Shown one piece after another: positions 51,170-62,443 of a DNA stretch of 64,000 bases; within the stretch, counting starts at the first letter, position 1, and each line of letters starts with the position of its first letter. Location of the stretch: NCBI GenBank assembly GCA_038087875.1, contig JAXLNO010005984.1, forward strand, positions 1 through 64,000. The letters run 5' to 3'. The notes below the pieces were generated by a model, which saw nothing but the letters and a program-made list of their open reading frames with translations, was not told the origin of the DNA and searched no databases. The stretch comes from Malacoraja senta. Its lineage: Eukaryota. The position numbers and the translations under genes are program-made.

Positions 51170-51640
51170 ACTGCCTGGATTAGAGGGCTTCAGCTACAGG
51201 GAGAGGTACAGTGTAAAGCTTTTTTTGTTGTGTGCTAACAGTTAGTGGAAGGACAATACAGGATTACAATCAACCCATCCACAGTGTACAGATATAGGAT
51301 TAAGGGAATATCGATTAGTGCAAGGTAAAGTCTGATTAAAGATAGTCTGAGGGATAGTTTAAGAATAAGGGGTAATTTATTTAGAACGGAGATGAGGAAA
51401 AACGTTTTCACACAGAGTGTTGAGAGTCTGTGAAATTCTCTGCCGCAGATGGTGGTGGAAGCCGATTCTCTGAATGCTTTCAAGAGAGAGCTGGACAGAG
51501 CTCTTAAAGATAGCGGCGTCAAGGGATATAGGGAGAAGGCAGGAACAGGGTATTAATTGTGGATGATTGGCATGATCACGGTGAATAGCGGTGCTGGCTC
51601 GAGGGGCAGAATGGCCTACTCCTGCACCTATTGTCTATTG
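51170..51640 (+). mobile_element. CR1 3' fragment with interruption
   Basis: TTTAGAACGGAGATGAGGAAAAACGTTTTCACACAGAG and CR1 3' UTR. Confidence 0.8.
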
Positions 51641-52899
51641 TCTTCAATGAATAATAATGAATGAATAAAAATGTTATTAGCCAAGTAGGTCCACATCCAA
51701 GGCATTTACATTGGTGCTTTGCTCGCAGGTAACAACAAGATATTCTGTAGACAATAAAAAATAAAATATTATAATTCAAACGTGAAAATAAAGTACCGGA
51801 GTAAAAAGAGGCTACGGTCTTTTGGCTGTTGAATAGAGTTACTGCTCATGGGAAAAAGCTGTTTTATGTCTGACTGTAGCAGCTTTGATAGTCCGGAGTC
51901 GCCTCCCAGAAAGAAGTGATTCAAAGAGTTTGTCGCCGGAGGTGAGCGGCAGAAAACATCTGCCAATGCAGTAGATGGTAGGTGGGGTCTGCTCTCTAGT
52001 TGGTGATTGGATGGTTAGAACGTAGGGCAGTACAGCACAGGAACGGGCCCTTCGGCCCACAATGTTTGTGCCGAACATGACGCCAGGTTAAACTCTCATC
52101 TGCCTGTACATGATCCATATCCCTCTCTCCCCTCCACTTCCACATGCCCACCTAAAAGCTTCTTAAACACCCGTCATATCTGCCTCCACCACCTCCCCAG
52201 GTCAGGCACATGAGGCCCCCACCACTGCCCCGCGCATCCCCATTAAACTTTCCCCTTCTCTCCTTACAGCGATACCAACTAGTCTTGGACATTTCCAGCC
52301 TGGCGTAAAAAGATTCTGAGAGTCGACCCTAACTGTCCCTAAGCTCGCCCTGTAGCTGAAGCTCTCGAATCCAGGTGACATTCTGGTAAAACATTTTGTT
52401 TACAAAAAGTTAGAACGTTTTCCTCATGGAACGTTTTGTGCTGCGCACGATCGGTCTAACGCGTTCTAATGAGGGGTGGACGCACGGAACTGCAGATGCT
52501 CGTTTACATAAAAAGGCAAAGTGCTGGAGTAACTCCGCAGTCGCCGGGGGGCCTGGTCTGGAGAAAGGCAGGTTTGTGATCCTGTGTGGAGGTCAGGTAA
52601 GTGGAGGAGCTTTGATTTAGCGTGTGGACCCTGTGGAAGGTTAAAGTGAAGCTGAGATCTATGGAGTGAGCTGACTTATTCCAGCACTTTGTGGCGCAGT
52701 GGTAGAGTTGCTTCCTTACAGCGCCAGAGACCCGTGTTCGAACCTGACCACGCGTCATGCAAGCCATCTTATCGCACGCGTCATGCAAGCCATCTTAAAT
52801 GACCACCTAAACTGTCATTTGGCAACCTAAAAAGCTGCCAAGGCTGCCCGGCTGGCAACAGGGAAAAAACGTTAAGCGAGAGCCCTGCTCACACACACG

Positions 52900-53510
52900 C
52901 TCCCTCTCTCTCTCATACACACACTCTCTTTCTCACACACACACGAATAATGACTAACAAAGTACTTCCTGGGCGATTGAAAAGACCTTGTGGTTAACGC
53001 CCTGAAGGATTCAGGGGTCTGTACCGGCAAGGCAAACTGAAAAGGGAGGGGAAAAGCCTGTAGGCCAAATCCCCGCATTCTGCCCAATAGTCCGTTGGGG
53101 CAAATCCTGAACCACTGGGGGGCAGGAAATACCCAGGGGTTGGAGTAGACAACAATGATAAGGTATAGTCCGTTGGGGCAAATGCAGAGCCGCAGGGGGC
53201 CAAAATACCCAGGGAAGAGAGAAGACGGGCCGGGGTGGACGAAGATCACCCAACCAGGATGGGGAGTCAAAAGGTCGGAAGGGGAAGATAAGAAGATCGG
53301 TAGAAATTAGACCCCTGAGGGAGGTACCTAGGAGAGGACCCTGAGGGGGAAGGGGAATTGTTAAATAGCCTCTTTGAAGATCCTTTTAGGTCTGACAAGA
53401 ACAGTTAGATCAATTCCTTTTCACAGAAGGGAAAAACAAGTAGTAAAGATTATGTTGCAGGCAGTAGAAAAACAACCATCACCCCTGGAGGGGAGCTTCG
53501 ACCGCCGGCC
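52900..53510 (+). mobile_element. ERV leader / early gag fragment related to the provirus at 27-33 kb
   Basis: AAGACCTTGTGG...CAGGGGTCTGTAC.GGCAAGGC and ATAGTCCGTTGGGGC..ATGC match the reverse complement of about 32440-32670. Confidence 0.75.
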
Positions 53511-53890
53511 CTGCAGTCTTATTCTTATTAGATAGCCCTTTATTGTCATTCAGACCGAAGTCTGAACGAAATTGCAACAGTCATACATAAAACAACAATA
53601 AACACATATTAACATCCACCACAGTGAGTCCACCCAACATCTCCTCACTGTGATGGAGGCAAAAGTCTTAGGTCTGCAGTCTCTTCCCTCCTCTTCTCCC
53701 TCTGCGCTGAGGCGATACCCCCCGGGCGATGTTTCCCGCGGCTCAAACACCGCTGCCCGGGGTGGTCGAAGCTGCCGCCCACCAGTCCTGCAGACGCAGC
53801 CGCTGGCCCGCGGCCGAACCCCGGACCCAGGCCACCACCGCCAGAACACCGTCCTAGCCACCCTCACGTGAGTACCGTGTCATCTTCAGC

Positions 53891-54147
53891 CTCGGGCTGG
53901 GCCGCCCCGACATGGGCGCCGAACCACCCCGGACCGGGCCGCTCCGACATGGGCGTGGCTTCTCCCTCTGCCCGGGCTGCCCCGACATGGGCGTCGCTTC
54001 TTCCCTGGGCCGGGCCGCCCCGACTTGGGCACCGAACCTCCCTCGGGCCGGGCTGCCCCGACTTGGGCATCGCTTCTCCCTCGGGCTGGGCCACCCTGAC
54101 TTGGGCGCCGAACCTCCCTCGGGTCGGGCCGCCCCTATTTGGGCGCT
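53891..54147. repeat. GC-rich 38-bp tandem repeat, 7 units
   Basis: CCGAC(A/T)TGGGC core every 37-38 bp with two variant spacers (CCGAACC, TCGCTTCT). Confidence 0.9.
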
Positions 54148-54195
54148 CACGGGAGCACTGTTCCTGCCCTGAGCCGGACCACCCTCACAGTCTAC

Positions 54196-57016
54196 GGTGC
54201 TTCTGGCTGCGGCGGAGTCTTTAAATCTGCCATGTTGGACTAACAGACGTGCACCTAGCTCCTCTCCCGAAAAACTTCACGATTTATCGTGTAAAACGGG
54301 TCCAGAAATCGGGATTGTTTTTAAACAATCTGGTCGTCGCGCTGATGACGTCATCATTAAACGCGATGTTTTAAACGGTGGTTTGAAGCCCTTTAAATGA
54401 GTAAACTGTCTCCAGCTGTGAGCCCTCAGAGAGCAGTGAATAAGCTGCTGACAGGCCAGAAGAAGTCTGAAGCAGAAGTTACTTCTGAAGTTACCTCTGA
54501 AGTCTCTGAAGTCTCTGAAGTGGCTGCAGAAATGGATACAAGATCTAAGAAAGACTTTGATGACTTGAAGAAATCAATGAAAAATTTGAAAGATGAGATT
54601 TCGGATAATATGAAGGAAGATAAGAAGGAAATGAAGGAAAATAGGATGGAAGATAAGAAGGAAATGAAGGAAAATATGGCAAAAATGATGGAAGGAATGG
54701 AGAAGATGATGAAGGATTTAAATGCTGGTAACCAGAAGAATATGATGGATTCACTGGACATTATGAATAAACGAATTGATGAGGTGAAAGATGGACTATC
54801 AGAGAAAATGGATAAGATGGATGTAACTACTACGGATAAGTTCACGGTTGTGCTTGAAACAGTAGCTGCAAGTATGCACACAATTACGGAATTGGAGAAA
54901 AACACGGCTCGAGTGGTTGAAGACATGGCGAAATTGAGGCAAGAACATGAGCAAATGAGGCGAGAAAACGAACAAACTTCACTACAGATGGTGACTCAAC
55001 TGGAGAAAGTCTCAGCCAAATGCCTGGACCTGGAAGCTCGCTCTAGACGCCAGAATTTGAGAATTCTTGGTGTTTCAGAGGGGGCAGAAGGGGAGCAGGT
55101 ACGTGAATTTGCCATGGGCTTGTTGAAACAACTGTTGAATCTTTCCAAGGAACCGAAAATCGAAGTGGCTCATCGTGTCCCAAGATTTAAACAAAGATCT
55201 GGTGTGGGAAAAGCTTATCCACGACATATTATTGTGAAATTTCGGGATACTGTAGAACTGGAATATGTTATGAGCAAAATCAAATACGGTGTACAACTGC
55301 GGCTGGACAAGGACACTATTAAGATATTCAGGGACTACCCGTATGAAATTGTGCAAAAAAGAAACAAATTTGATAAGGTTAAAGATCTTTTAAGAGGGAG
55401 AGAAGGGATCAGATTTGGGTTTTTTTATCCCGCGAAAATGCGTATTTCCTTTAATGGTCTTGAAAAGTCATTTGTTAAGCCTGAAGACGCATTCAAATAT
55501 GCCCAAACTATCGTTGAAAAATAGAAATGAAAGGGAGTTTTGGCAGAACTGAACCATTCTAAGCAATGCTTTGTCTGGGGATAGTTACACTGTTATCTTT
55601 GGAATGTTGAATCAAGGACATTTTCTGTTCAAAACGTGTAAACAACTGAACAGATGGAATATAAACCAGAAAATAATTGCTTATTGATTAAAATATTATA
55701 ACCAATTGTAAGAACTTATCCTATTAACAACTTAACAAGTTATGCAGGTTAGATTAGAATACTAACAAAAACAAAAATAAAAAATAACGAACTAACATAC
55801 TAATATGAATTTTTAATAAATTGTAACCTTATCTATAAGTGGGAGGAGGGGATGAGAAACGAGCACCTGGCTTAGGTCCAGGGGCACGTCTCGTTAACCC
55901 CTTCAACCAACAGTTGATTCTTATTGAAGTCAAAAATATTGGTTTAATAATTAGTAGTTAAAACTCCGATATATATATATATGTTATAAGGAAATATCAG
56001 GGTAAAATTGTATTATATATCTGAATGTGAGGCCTCGTTTTAATATTTTAATATGTTATGATTAACTAAGAGAGCGGAGCTATTTGTGTAACAACGCAAT
56101 GGAAGTCAAAACAAGGTTTTTTCCCACCTACAGGTGGGACACTCGCTACAGTGCCGACTATATCAGACACTGTAGCCTCACTTTTTTCGTTTTTTTTTAA
56201 CCACATAAAATCACTTGTTTGTGTTTTGTGTTTAGTGATAAGCGTAAAATGGACATACCAGCAAAATTTAATAATTCAAAAACTCCCCCAATACCTAAAG
56301 ACCTGGGATATGGATGCACCACAAGATTCAAAGGTACTATAATTATTCAAAATGCATGACACCACACAAAAGAACCTGGGAGGAATCTCATTTTGTAGTT
56401 GGAATATAAGAGGTATTAACGAACCTATTAAAAGGGGTAAGATATTAGCTCAGCTGAAACTGTACAACTCTGACATTACCTTCCTACAAGAAACACACCT
56501 AAAACCTCAGGATCAAGTTAGGCTGAGGGCGAAATGGATAGGTCAAACATACCATTCCTCATTTACTTCAAAATCTAGAGGCACGTCAATCATCATAAGA
56601 AAAGGTATACCATTTAAAGCAAAGAATATTATAACAGATATAGAAGGGAGATACCTAATAGTTAATGGAGAAATCCATGACACTCCACTTACTTTGGTAA
56701 ATATATATGCCCCTAACTTTGATAACCCCCACTTTTTCAATAAAATTTTCAACATAATTGCAGAGTCAAACTATCAAAATGTTATAATAGGAGGAGACTT
56801 TAACTGTGTTTTAGATCCGTACTTAGATAAATCAAGTCAAAAACAGAGAGGGAATATGAAATCGAAAACTGGGGAACTCCTCAATACCTATATAAATAAC
56901 ACTAATATAGCAGATGTTTGGAGAATTGTTAATCCAACTGGCAGGGAATACTCGTTTTACTCAATGGTACATAAGACATACTCACGTATAGACTACTTTC
57001 TGCTGGATACAAAATT
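54196..57016 (+). mobile_element. host L1 LINE, 5' part (5' UTR, intact ORF1, inter-ORF, ORF2 endonuclease); resumes at 63631
   Basis: ORF2 SWNIRG, QETH, GDFN, YSRIDYF interrupted at LLDTK; continues LIPQTSNAIYHTNSISDHSP after 63670. Confidence 0.95.
54397..55524 (+). CDS. L1 ORF1p (coiled coil + RRM + CTD), 375 aa, intact
   Basis: LEARSRRQNLRILGVSEG, EVAHRVP, PRHIIVKF, IFRDYP, FFYPAKMRI motifs. Confidence 0.92.
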   Translation: MSKLSPAVSPQRAVNKLLTGQKKSEAEVTSEVTSEVSEVSEVAAEMDTRSKKDFDDLKKSMKNLKDEISDNMKEDKKEMKENRMEDKKEMKENMAKMMEGMEKMMKDLNAGNQKNMMDSLDIMNKRIDEVKDGLSEKMDKMDVTTTDKFTVVLETVAASMHTITELEKNTARVVEDMAKLRQEHEQMRRENEQTSLQMVTQLEKVSAKCLDLEARSRRQNLRILGVSEGAEGEQVREFAMGLLKQLLNLSKEPKIEVAHRVPRFKQRSGVGKAYPRHIIVKFRDTVELEYVMSKIKYGVQLRLDKDTIKIFRDYPYEIVQKRNKFDKVKDLLRGREGIRFGFFYPAKMRISFNGLEKSFVKPEDAFKYAQTIVEK

Positions 57017-57433
57017 TTTTTTTATTTTTTTTATTTTTTATTTTTTTTTTTTTTTTAGAAGTACGGTAGATTACAGTAATGTACAACACGTATATATTAA
57101 TACATTTTTTGTACCGCTTCACTTTTTTAAACTTTAAGAAAGAAAAAGAAAGAAGTAAGAAAAGTGAAGAAAGTGCGCAAAGGTTGTGAAGTGCAAAAGA
57201 GTGTTGGGAAAAGAAAGCCCCTTAGAAAAGAAGTTAGAGAAGGAAGTAAAGTTAGAAAATAGACCCTAGAAAAAAAAAGAGAAAGAAAGAAGGAACAATC
57301 GCTCTATTATAACTCTTATACCATACTTCATAGAGAAGGAACTACCAACCAAGTCTGTTTTTATTTTACCTCCCATTACCAGGTCCAGATACCTTTTATT
57401 TATTTATTTGTTTTTCTAAATTACTATTGCACC

Positions 57434-60400
57434 TCATGCTTGTAATAGGTCCAAAAACGTAGACCACGTCTTTTGAAATTGGTCTACTTTGCCTACTAGG
57501 AGGAATCTCATCTCTTCCAGATGTAATGTTTCCAACATATTTGATGTCCACATTTTTATTGTTGGTGTGGGCGCATTTTTCCAGAATTTAAGTATAAGCT
57601 TTTTTCCCATTATTAGCCCATAATTGAGTAAATTCTTCTGATACACGTTTAATTCAGGAATACCTTCCGATATTCCAAAAATAATCCATTCTGGTTTTGG
57701 TACCAGTTTTATTTTGATTAATTTTGAAAAAATATCAAATATTTCAAACCAGAATTTTTGGATTTTTGTACAAAAAACAAAAGAATGTGCTATGGTAGCT
57801 TCTTGACATATACATTTATCACAGATTGGTGAGACGTTAGGAAAGATTTTATTTAGTTTGGTTTTTGAATAATATAATCTATGTAATGTTTTAAATTGGA
57901 TAAGCGTATGTCGTACGTTAATCGAGCATTTATGCACCTGTAATAAATGATTATCCCAACTCTCTTTTGAAATTTTTATACCTAGATCTTGTTCCCAATC
58001 TCTTCTAATTCCATCTGTTGTGGGTATTTCTATATTTAAGATGATATTATATAAGTATGATATTAAATTAACTGATTCCGCCTTTGTCTTCATTGCTTCA
58101 TCTAGTAAGTCGGAAGGCATATTATAATAATCTTTTGTGTGTGTTTTCAAATAGTCACAGATTTGTAGATATTTAAAATATTGATTATTTTTCAAATTAT
58201 ATTTCAGTTGTAGTTGTTGGAATGATAGTAATTTTTCTAATTCATACAGATCTTCGAGCGTTTTGATTCCCATTCTTTCCCATTGTATAAATGCTTTATC
58301 TATGATTGAAGGTTTAAACGATGGGTTATTGACTATTGGTATTAAGAGAGATAGGTTTCTTAATTTTAGATTCTGTTTTATTTGCTTCCATGTTCTAATA
58401 GTGCTATATATAATTGGATTTTTATTATAATTTTTATTATTCAAATTTATTGGAGAGAGAATAATCGCTCCTATATTATTCGGGGAGCAATCCCCTTTTT
58501 CCATTATAATCCAGTCCACCTGCTGGGCAGAATTGTCCAGCAGGTGAATCATATTTTTAATATTTACTGCCCAGTTATAATACATAAAGTTAGGGAGCGC
58601 TAGACCCCCCAACTCTTTTCGTTTGTTAAGGTGTGTTCTTTGTATTCTGTGGGATTTGTAATCCCATATAAAATTTGTAATGTCTGAGTCCAGTTTTTTG
58701 AAAAACTTTTTTGGGAGATATATAGGTATTGATTGAAATAGGTAAAGGATTTGTGGTAAGAAAATCATTTTTATAGCATTTATCCTACCTATTAAGGACA
58801 TCGGAAGTGTTTTCCAAAATTTAATCAGATTATTTAATTTCTTAAGTAGGGGATTATAATTAGCTTTAAACATATCTTGGTAATTTCTAGTAATCTCAAT
58901 TCCTAAATATTTGAATTTTTCCATAGCTATTTTAAAAGGGAATTTCCTGAGATGTATTGAGTCTTTTGGTTTAATCGACATAATTTCACTTTTGTTCCAA
59001 TTTATTCTATATCCTGAAAAGGATCCAAAGTCCTCAATTAAGTTTAATATATTTGGTATACTAATTTGTGGTTTTGTGATGTACAGTAGTACATCATCAG
59101 CATATAGGGATAGTTTGTTGTTTGAATATTTTGTGTTATAACCGTGAATATTCGAGTGTGTTCTTATTTTTTCAGCAAGGGGTTCAATTACCAAAGCAAA
59201 TAACAGCGGTGATAGTGAACATCCTTGTCTGTTGCCCCTAGATAATTCGAATTTTGAAGATAATATATTATTAGTTAGTATTCTAGCCGTAGGTTTATTA
59301 TATAGTAGTTTTATCCATGCAATAAAGTTTTCTCCCAATTGGAATTTTTGCAATACTTTGATCATATAGTCCCATTCTACTTGATCAAACGCTTTTTCTG
59401 CGTCCAGTGAGATGATAGCTAACTCTTGGTCATAAGATTTATGTGAATGCATTATGTTAAGCAAACGTCTCAAATTATTAAATGAGTGTCTCTTAGGTAT
59501 AAATCCTGTTTGATCCTCATGTATTAGTCTACTAACATACTTGCTTAATCTATTGGCTAATGTTTTTGCTATTATTTTCTGATCCGTATTTAACAAAGCA
59601 ATAGCTCTATATGATCCTGGTTCTTCTATATTTTTATCTTTTTTAAGTATTAATATGATCGTTGATTCCGCTAGTGTTTCAGGTAGGTTTTGCTCTTTAT
59701 AAGCATATGTATACATTTTTTGTAATCGTGGAGTAACTATATCATAAAAAGATTTATAAAATTCATTACTGAATCCGTCTGGTCCTGGTGTTTTTCCATT
59801 TTTTAGTGTTTTTATTGTGTCTTCTATCTCCTTAGAAGTAATTTGTGCTCCCAGTTCCTCTTGTTCCCTGCGTTCTAATTGTGGTAGATTACAATTATCT
59901 AAAAATTCTGAGATTTTATTATTGTCTATTGACGTTTTAGATGTGTATAGATTCTGGTAAAATTGAGCAAATCTTTTATTAATATCCTTGGGTAGTGTTA
60001 ATACTTCCCCTCTATCTGATTTAATCTTTAATATTGCATTCTCTTTTTCCCGTTTTTTAAGTTGTCGTGCTAGAAGTTTGTGGGGTTTGTCCCCGAATTC
60101 GAAGTGTTCTTGTTTTGTGATTTGAAATAATGTTATAACTTTCTCTGACAGTAATTTATTTAACTGAAATTTCAGTAGTAGTATTTTATTATGTTTATCC
60201 ATAGTTGGGTCTTTAGCATTATCTATATCTAACTGTTTTATTTGATCTTCTAAGTGTCTTTGTTCATTCTTATTCTTTTTATTTTGATAAGCTTGAAATG
60301 AAATAATGACTCCTCTTATAAATGCTTTGAAGGATTCCCATAATAACGTGGGGGATATCTCTGGTGTATCATTTAACTCAAAAAATAGATCCATCTGTTT

Positions 60401-61225
60401 TTTTAGATAGATACTCCCTTGAGGGTCTTTTAAAATTTGTGAGTTAAACCTCCAGAACGGTTTATTCATAGACATTCCTTCTAGTTTTAGAACAAAAGTT
60501 AACGGAGAATGATCTGAGATCGCATTAATATGATATTTAGGATTCAGAGATTGCGAAATTAATTTTGTATCCACAAGAAAATAGTCTATCCGTGAATATG
60601 TTTTATGCACCATTGAATAAAACGAGTAATCCCTTCCCGTCGGGTTTGCAATCCTCCATACATCTGTTATATTTGTGTTTTCCATATATGTGTGTAAGAG
60701 TTCACTGGTTTTAGATTTCGTCTGACCTTTTTGTTTTTGCATCGATTTATCTAAATAAGGATCTAAAACACAATTAAAATCTCCTCCGATTATAACATTT
60801 TGATAATTAGATTCTGCAATTATATTCAGAATTTTATTAAAAAATTGAGGGTTATCAAAGTTGGGCGCATATATGTTTACCAGCGTAATTGGCATATTAT
60901 TGATCTCCCCTGCTACTATAAGATATCTCCCTTCCTTATCTAAAATAGTGTTCTTTGATTTAAATGGAATTCCTTTACGAATAATAATTGCAGTACCTCT
61001 AGATTTGGAGGTAAATGAAGAGTGAAATGTTTGGCCTATCCAGTTCGCCCTCAGTCTTGTCTGATCTTGCTGTTTAAGATGTGTTTCCTGTAGAAACGCA
61101 ATGTCCGTGTTGTATGATTTCAACTGAGCTAGTATCTTGCCCCTTTTAATAGGTTCATTAATCCCCCTTATATTCCAACTACATAATGTGATTCCTCCTA
61201 TTTTCTTTTGATTGTCGTCATGCAT
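57434..61225 (-). CDS. L1 ORF2p (APE endonuclease, reverse transcriptase, CCHC domain), 1263 aa, intact
   Basis: QETH, GDFN, SRIDY, SDH; PGPDG, QGCSLSP, YADD; CDKC...H...C. Confidence 0.97.
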   Translation of the reverse strand: MHDDNQKKIGGITLCSWNIRGINEPIKRGKILAQLKSYNTDIAFLQETHLKQQDQTRLRANWIGQTFHSSFTSKSRGTAIIIRKGIPFKSKNTILDKEGRYLIVAGEINNMPITLVNIYAPNFDNPQFFNKILNIIAESNYQNVIIGGDFNCVLDPYLDKSMQKQKGQTKSKTSELLHTYMENTNITDVWRIANPTGRDYSFYSMVHKTYSRIDYFLVDTKLISQSLNPKYHINAISDHSPLTFVLKLEGMSMNKPFWRFNSQILKDPQGSIYLKKQMDLFFELNDTPEISPTLLWESFKAFIRGVIISFQAYQNKKNKNEQRHLEDQIKQLDIDNAKDPTMDKHNKILLLKFQLNKLLSEKVITLFQITKQEHFEFGDKPHKLLARQLKKREKENAILKIKSDRGEVLTLPKDINKRFAQFYQNLYTSKTSIDNNKISEFLDNCNLPQLERREQEELGAQITSKEIEDTIKTLKNGKTPGPDGFSNEFYKSFYDIVTPRLQKMYTYAYKEQNLPETLAESTIILILKKDKNIEEPGSYRAIALLNTDQKIIAKTLANRLSKYVSRLIHEDQTGFIPKRHSFNNLRRLLNIMHSHKSYDQELAIISLDAEKAFDQVEWDYMIKVLQKFQLGENFIAWIKLLYNKPTARILTNNILSSKFELSRGNRQGCSLSPLLFALVIEPLAEKIRTHSNIHGYNTKYSNNKLSLYADDVLLYITKPQISIPNILNLIEDFGSFSGYRINWNKSEIMSIKPKDSIHLRKFPFKIAMEKFKYLGIEITRNYQDMFKANYNPLLKKLNNLIKFWKTLPMSLIGRINAIKMIFLPQILYLFQSIPIYLPKKFFKKLDSDITNFIWDYKSHRIQRTHLNKRKELGGLALPNFMYYNWAVNIKNMIHLLDNSAQQVDWIIMEKGDCSPNNIGAIILSPINLNNKNYNKNPIIYSTIRTWKQIKQNLKLRNLSLLIPIVNNPSFKPSIIDKAFIQWERMGIKTLEDLYELEKLLSFQQLQLKYNLKNNQYFKYLQICDYLKTHTKDYYNMPSDLLDEAMKTKAESVNLISYLYNIILNIEIPTTDGIRRDWEQDLGIKISKESWDNHLLQVHKCSINVRHTLIQFKTLHRLYYSKTKLNKIFPNVSPICDKCICQEATIAHSFVFCTKIQKFWFEIFDIFSKLIKIKLVPKPEWIIFGISEGIPELNVYQKNLLNYGLIMGKKLILKFWKNAPTPTIKMWTSNMLETLHLEEMRFLLVGKVDQFQKTWSTFLDLLQA

Positions 61226-62443
61226 TTTTACCAGTTTTAATGACCTTAATTATTGTGGTGCGTTCATACCTCCGGACTCTGGTTATTTTGGGAGTATTTC
61301 TATTATAGACTTCCTTGGTAGTTCTCCTGCGCGATTGTCCTTGAAGAAAAAACACACAGATGTGACATATTGTGATTAAAAAAAATATATATAAATCAAA
61401 TAAATTTACGGTGTCTAAAATTTCAACACCGTAGTGAGTGGCCCACTCGTCTGTGGGGTACGACATCCATAACGCTTCCGGCGTAGTTGGTATAAAGTTA
61501 GCCCCGCTGTATTTATTACCCAAAATCTATGGGGTCATTACCGTTTCCAATTCAGTTCTATTTCACCCAGTTACAATTTATATATATGTCAAATGTATTC
61601 GATTCCATATCCTACTCACTCTTTATCTCTTAACTATTTTAAAATGAATTTAGTATTGTTAAAGTGAGCGGTTTACTGAGTGGATTAACCGGAGTCAGGT
61701 TCCTGGAATTGTGCCAGGTGCCTGATCTCCTCTCCTCTCCACGAGCTGCGAACATAGGTGATAACTGCTGTCTGCGTTATGACGCAGGCACCACAGTTTT
61801 ATCAGTTTCAAATATTATTTCTATATTAGTATTGTTAATTATTAATTATGATTAATTCTCAGCATTTTGTAAAACTATATAAGCCGTATATATTTTTCAT
61901 ATCAACCTCGAGTGTATATTATCTCTTAACTATTTTAAATTGGTTTTAATATTGTTAAAAATGAGCTGTTCGCTGGAAGGGTTAACGGGAGTCTGGCTCC
62001 TGGAGTTATGCCAGGTACCCGGTCTCCCCCTCCCTCCACTCTCGAGCTGCATAGCACTTGCTGTTATCTGCTAAACAGAGCAGACTGCACATTTTTTATC
62101 TATTTCAATTGCTATTTCTATATTAGTATTGTTAATTGTTAATTATTATTAGTTCTCAGTTTTTTCAGTTTTTTATAAACAATATAAGCCATGTGATGTT
62201 TTTCACTCTCAGCCCAGCAGTTCGTCCCGTGTTATCAGGTTTTCCTCGTTTGAGCACGTAGTGTCCTTGAATTACATAGCACAATGTTCCAGCGAAGATA
62301 ATAATGTCTAGCCACGTCTCACTAAGAATCTGTTGCTTGAAGTCAAATAAAAAATAAAAAATCAGTGTTCAGTTAATTCACTTTCCTTGTGATACTCTTG
62401 TTGGAAGAATAAGCAAGTTCGTTTGTTCATGTCGTCTTGGTTT

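Noticed and set aside
54426-54926. Long antisense ORFs over L1 ORF1 (also 62868-63419) as possible ORF0-like genes
   Set aside because: Ser/Phe/Ile-rich shadows expected opposite a purine-rich coiled-coil coding strand.
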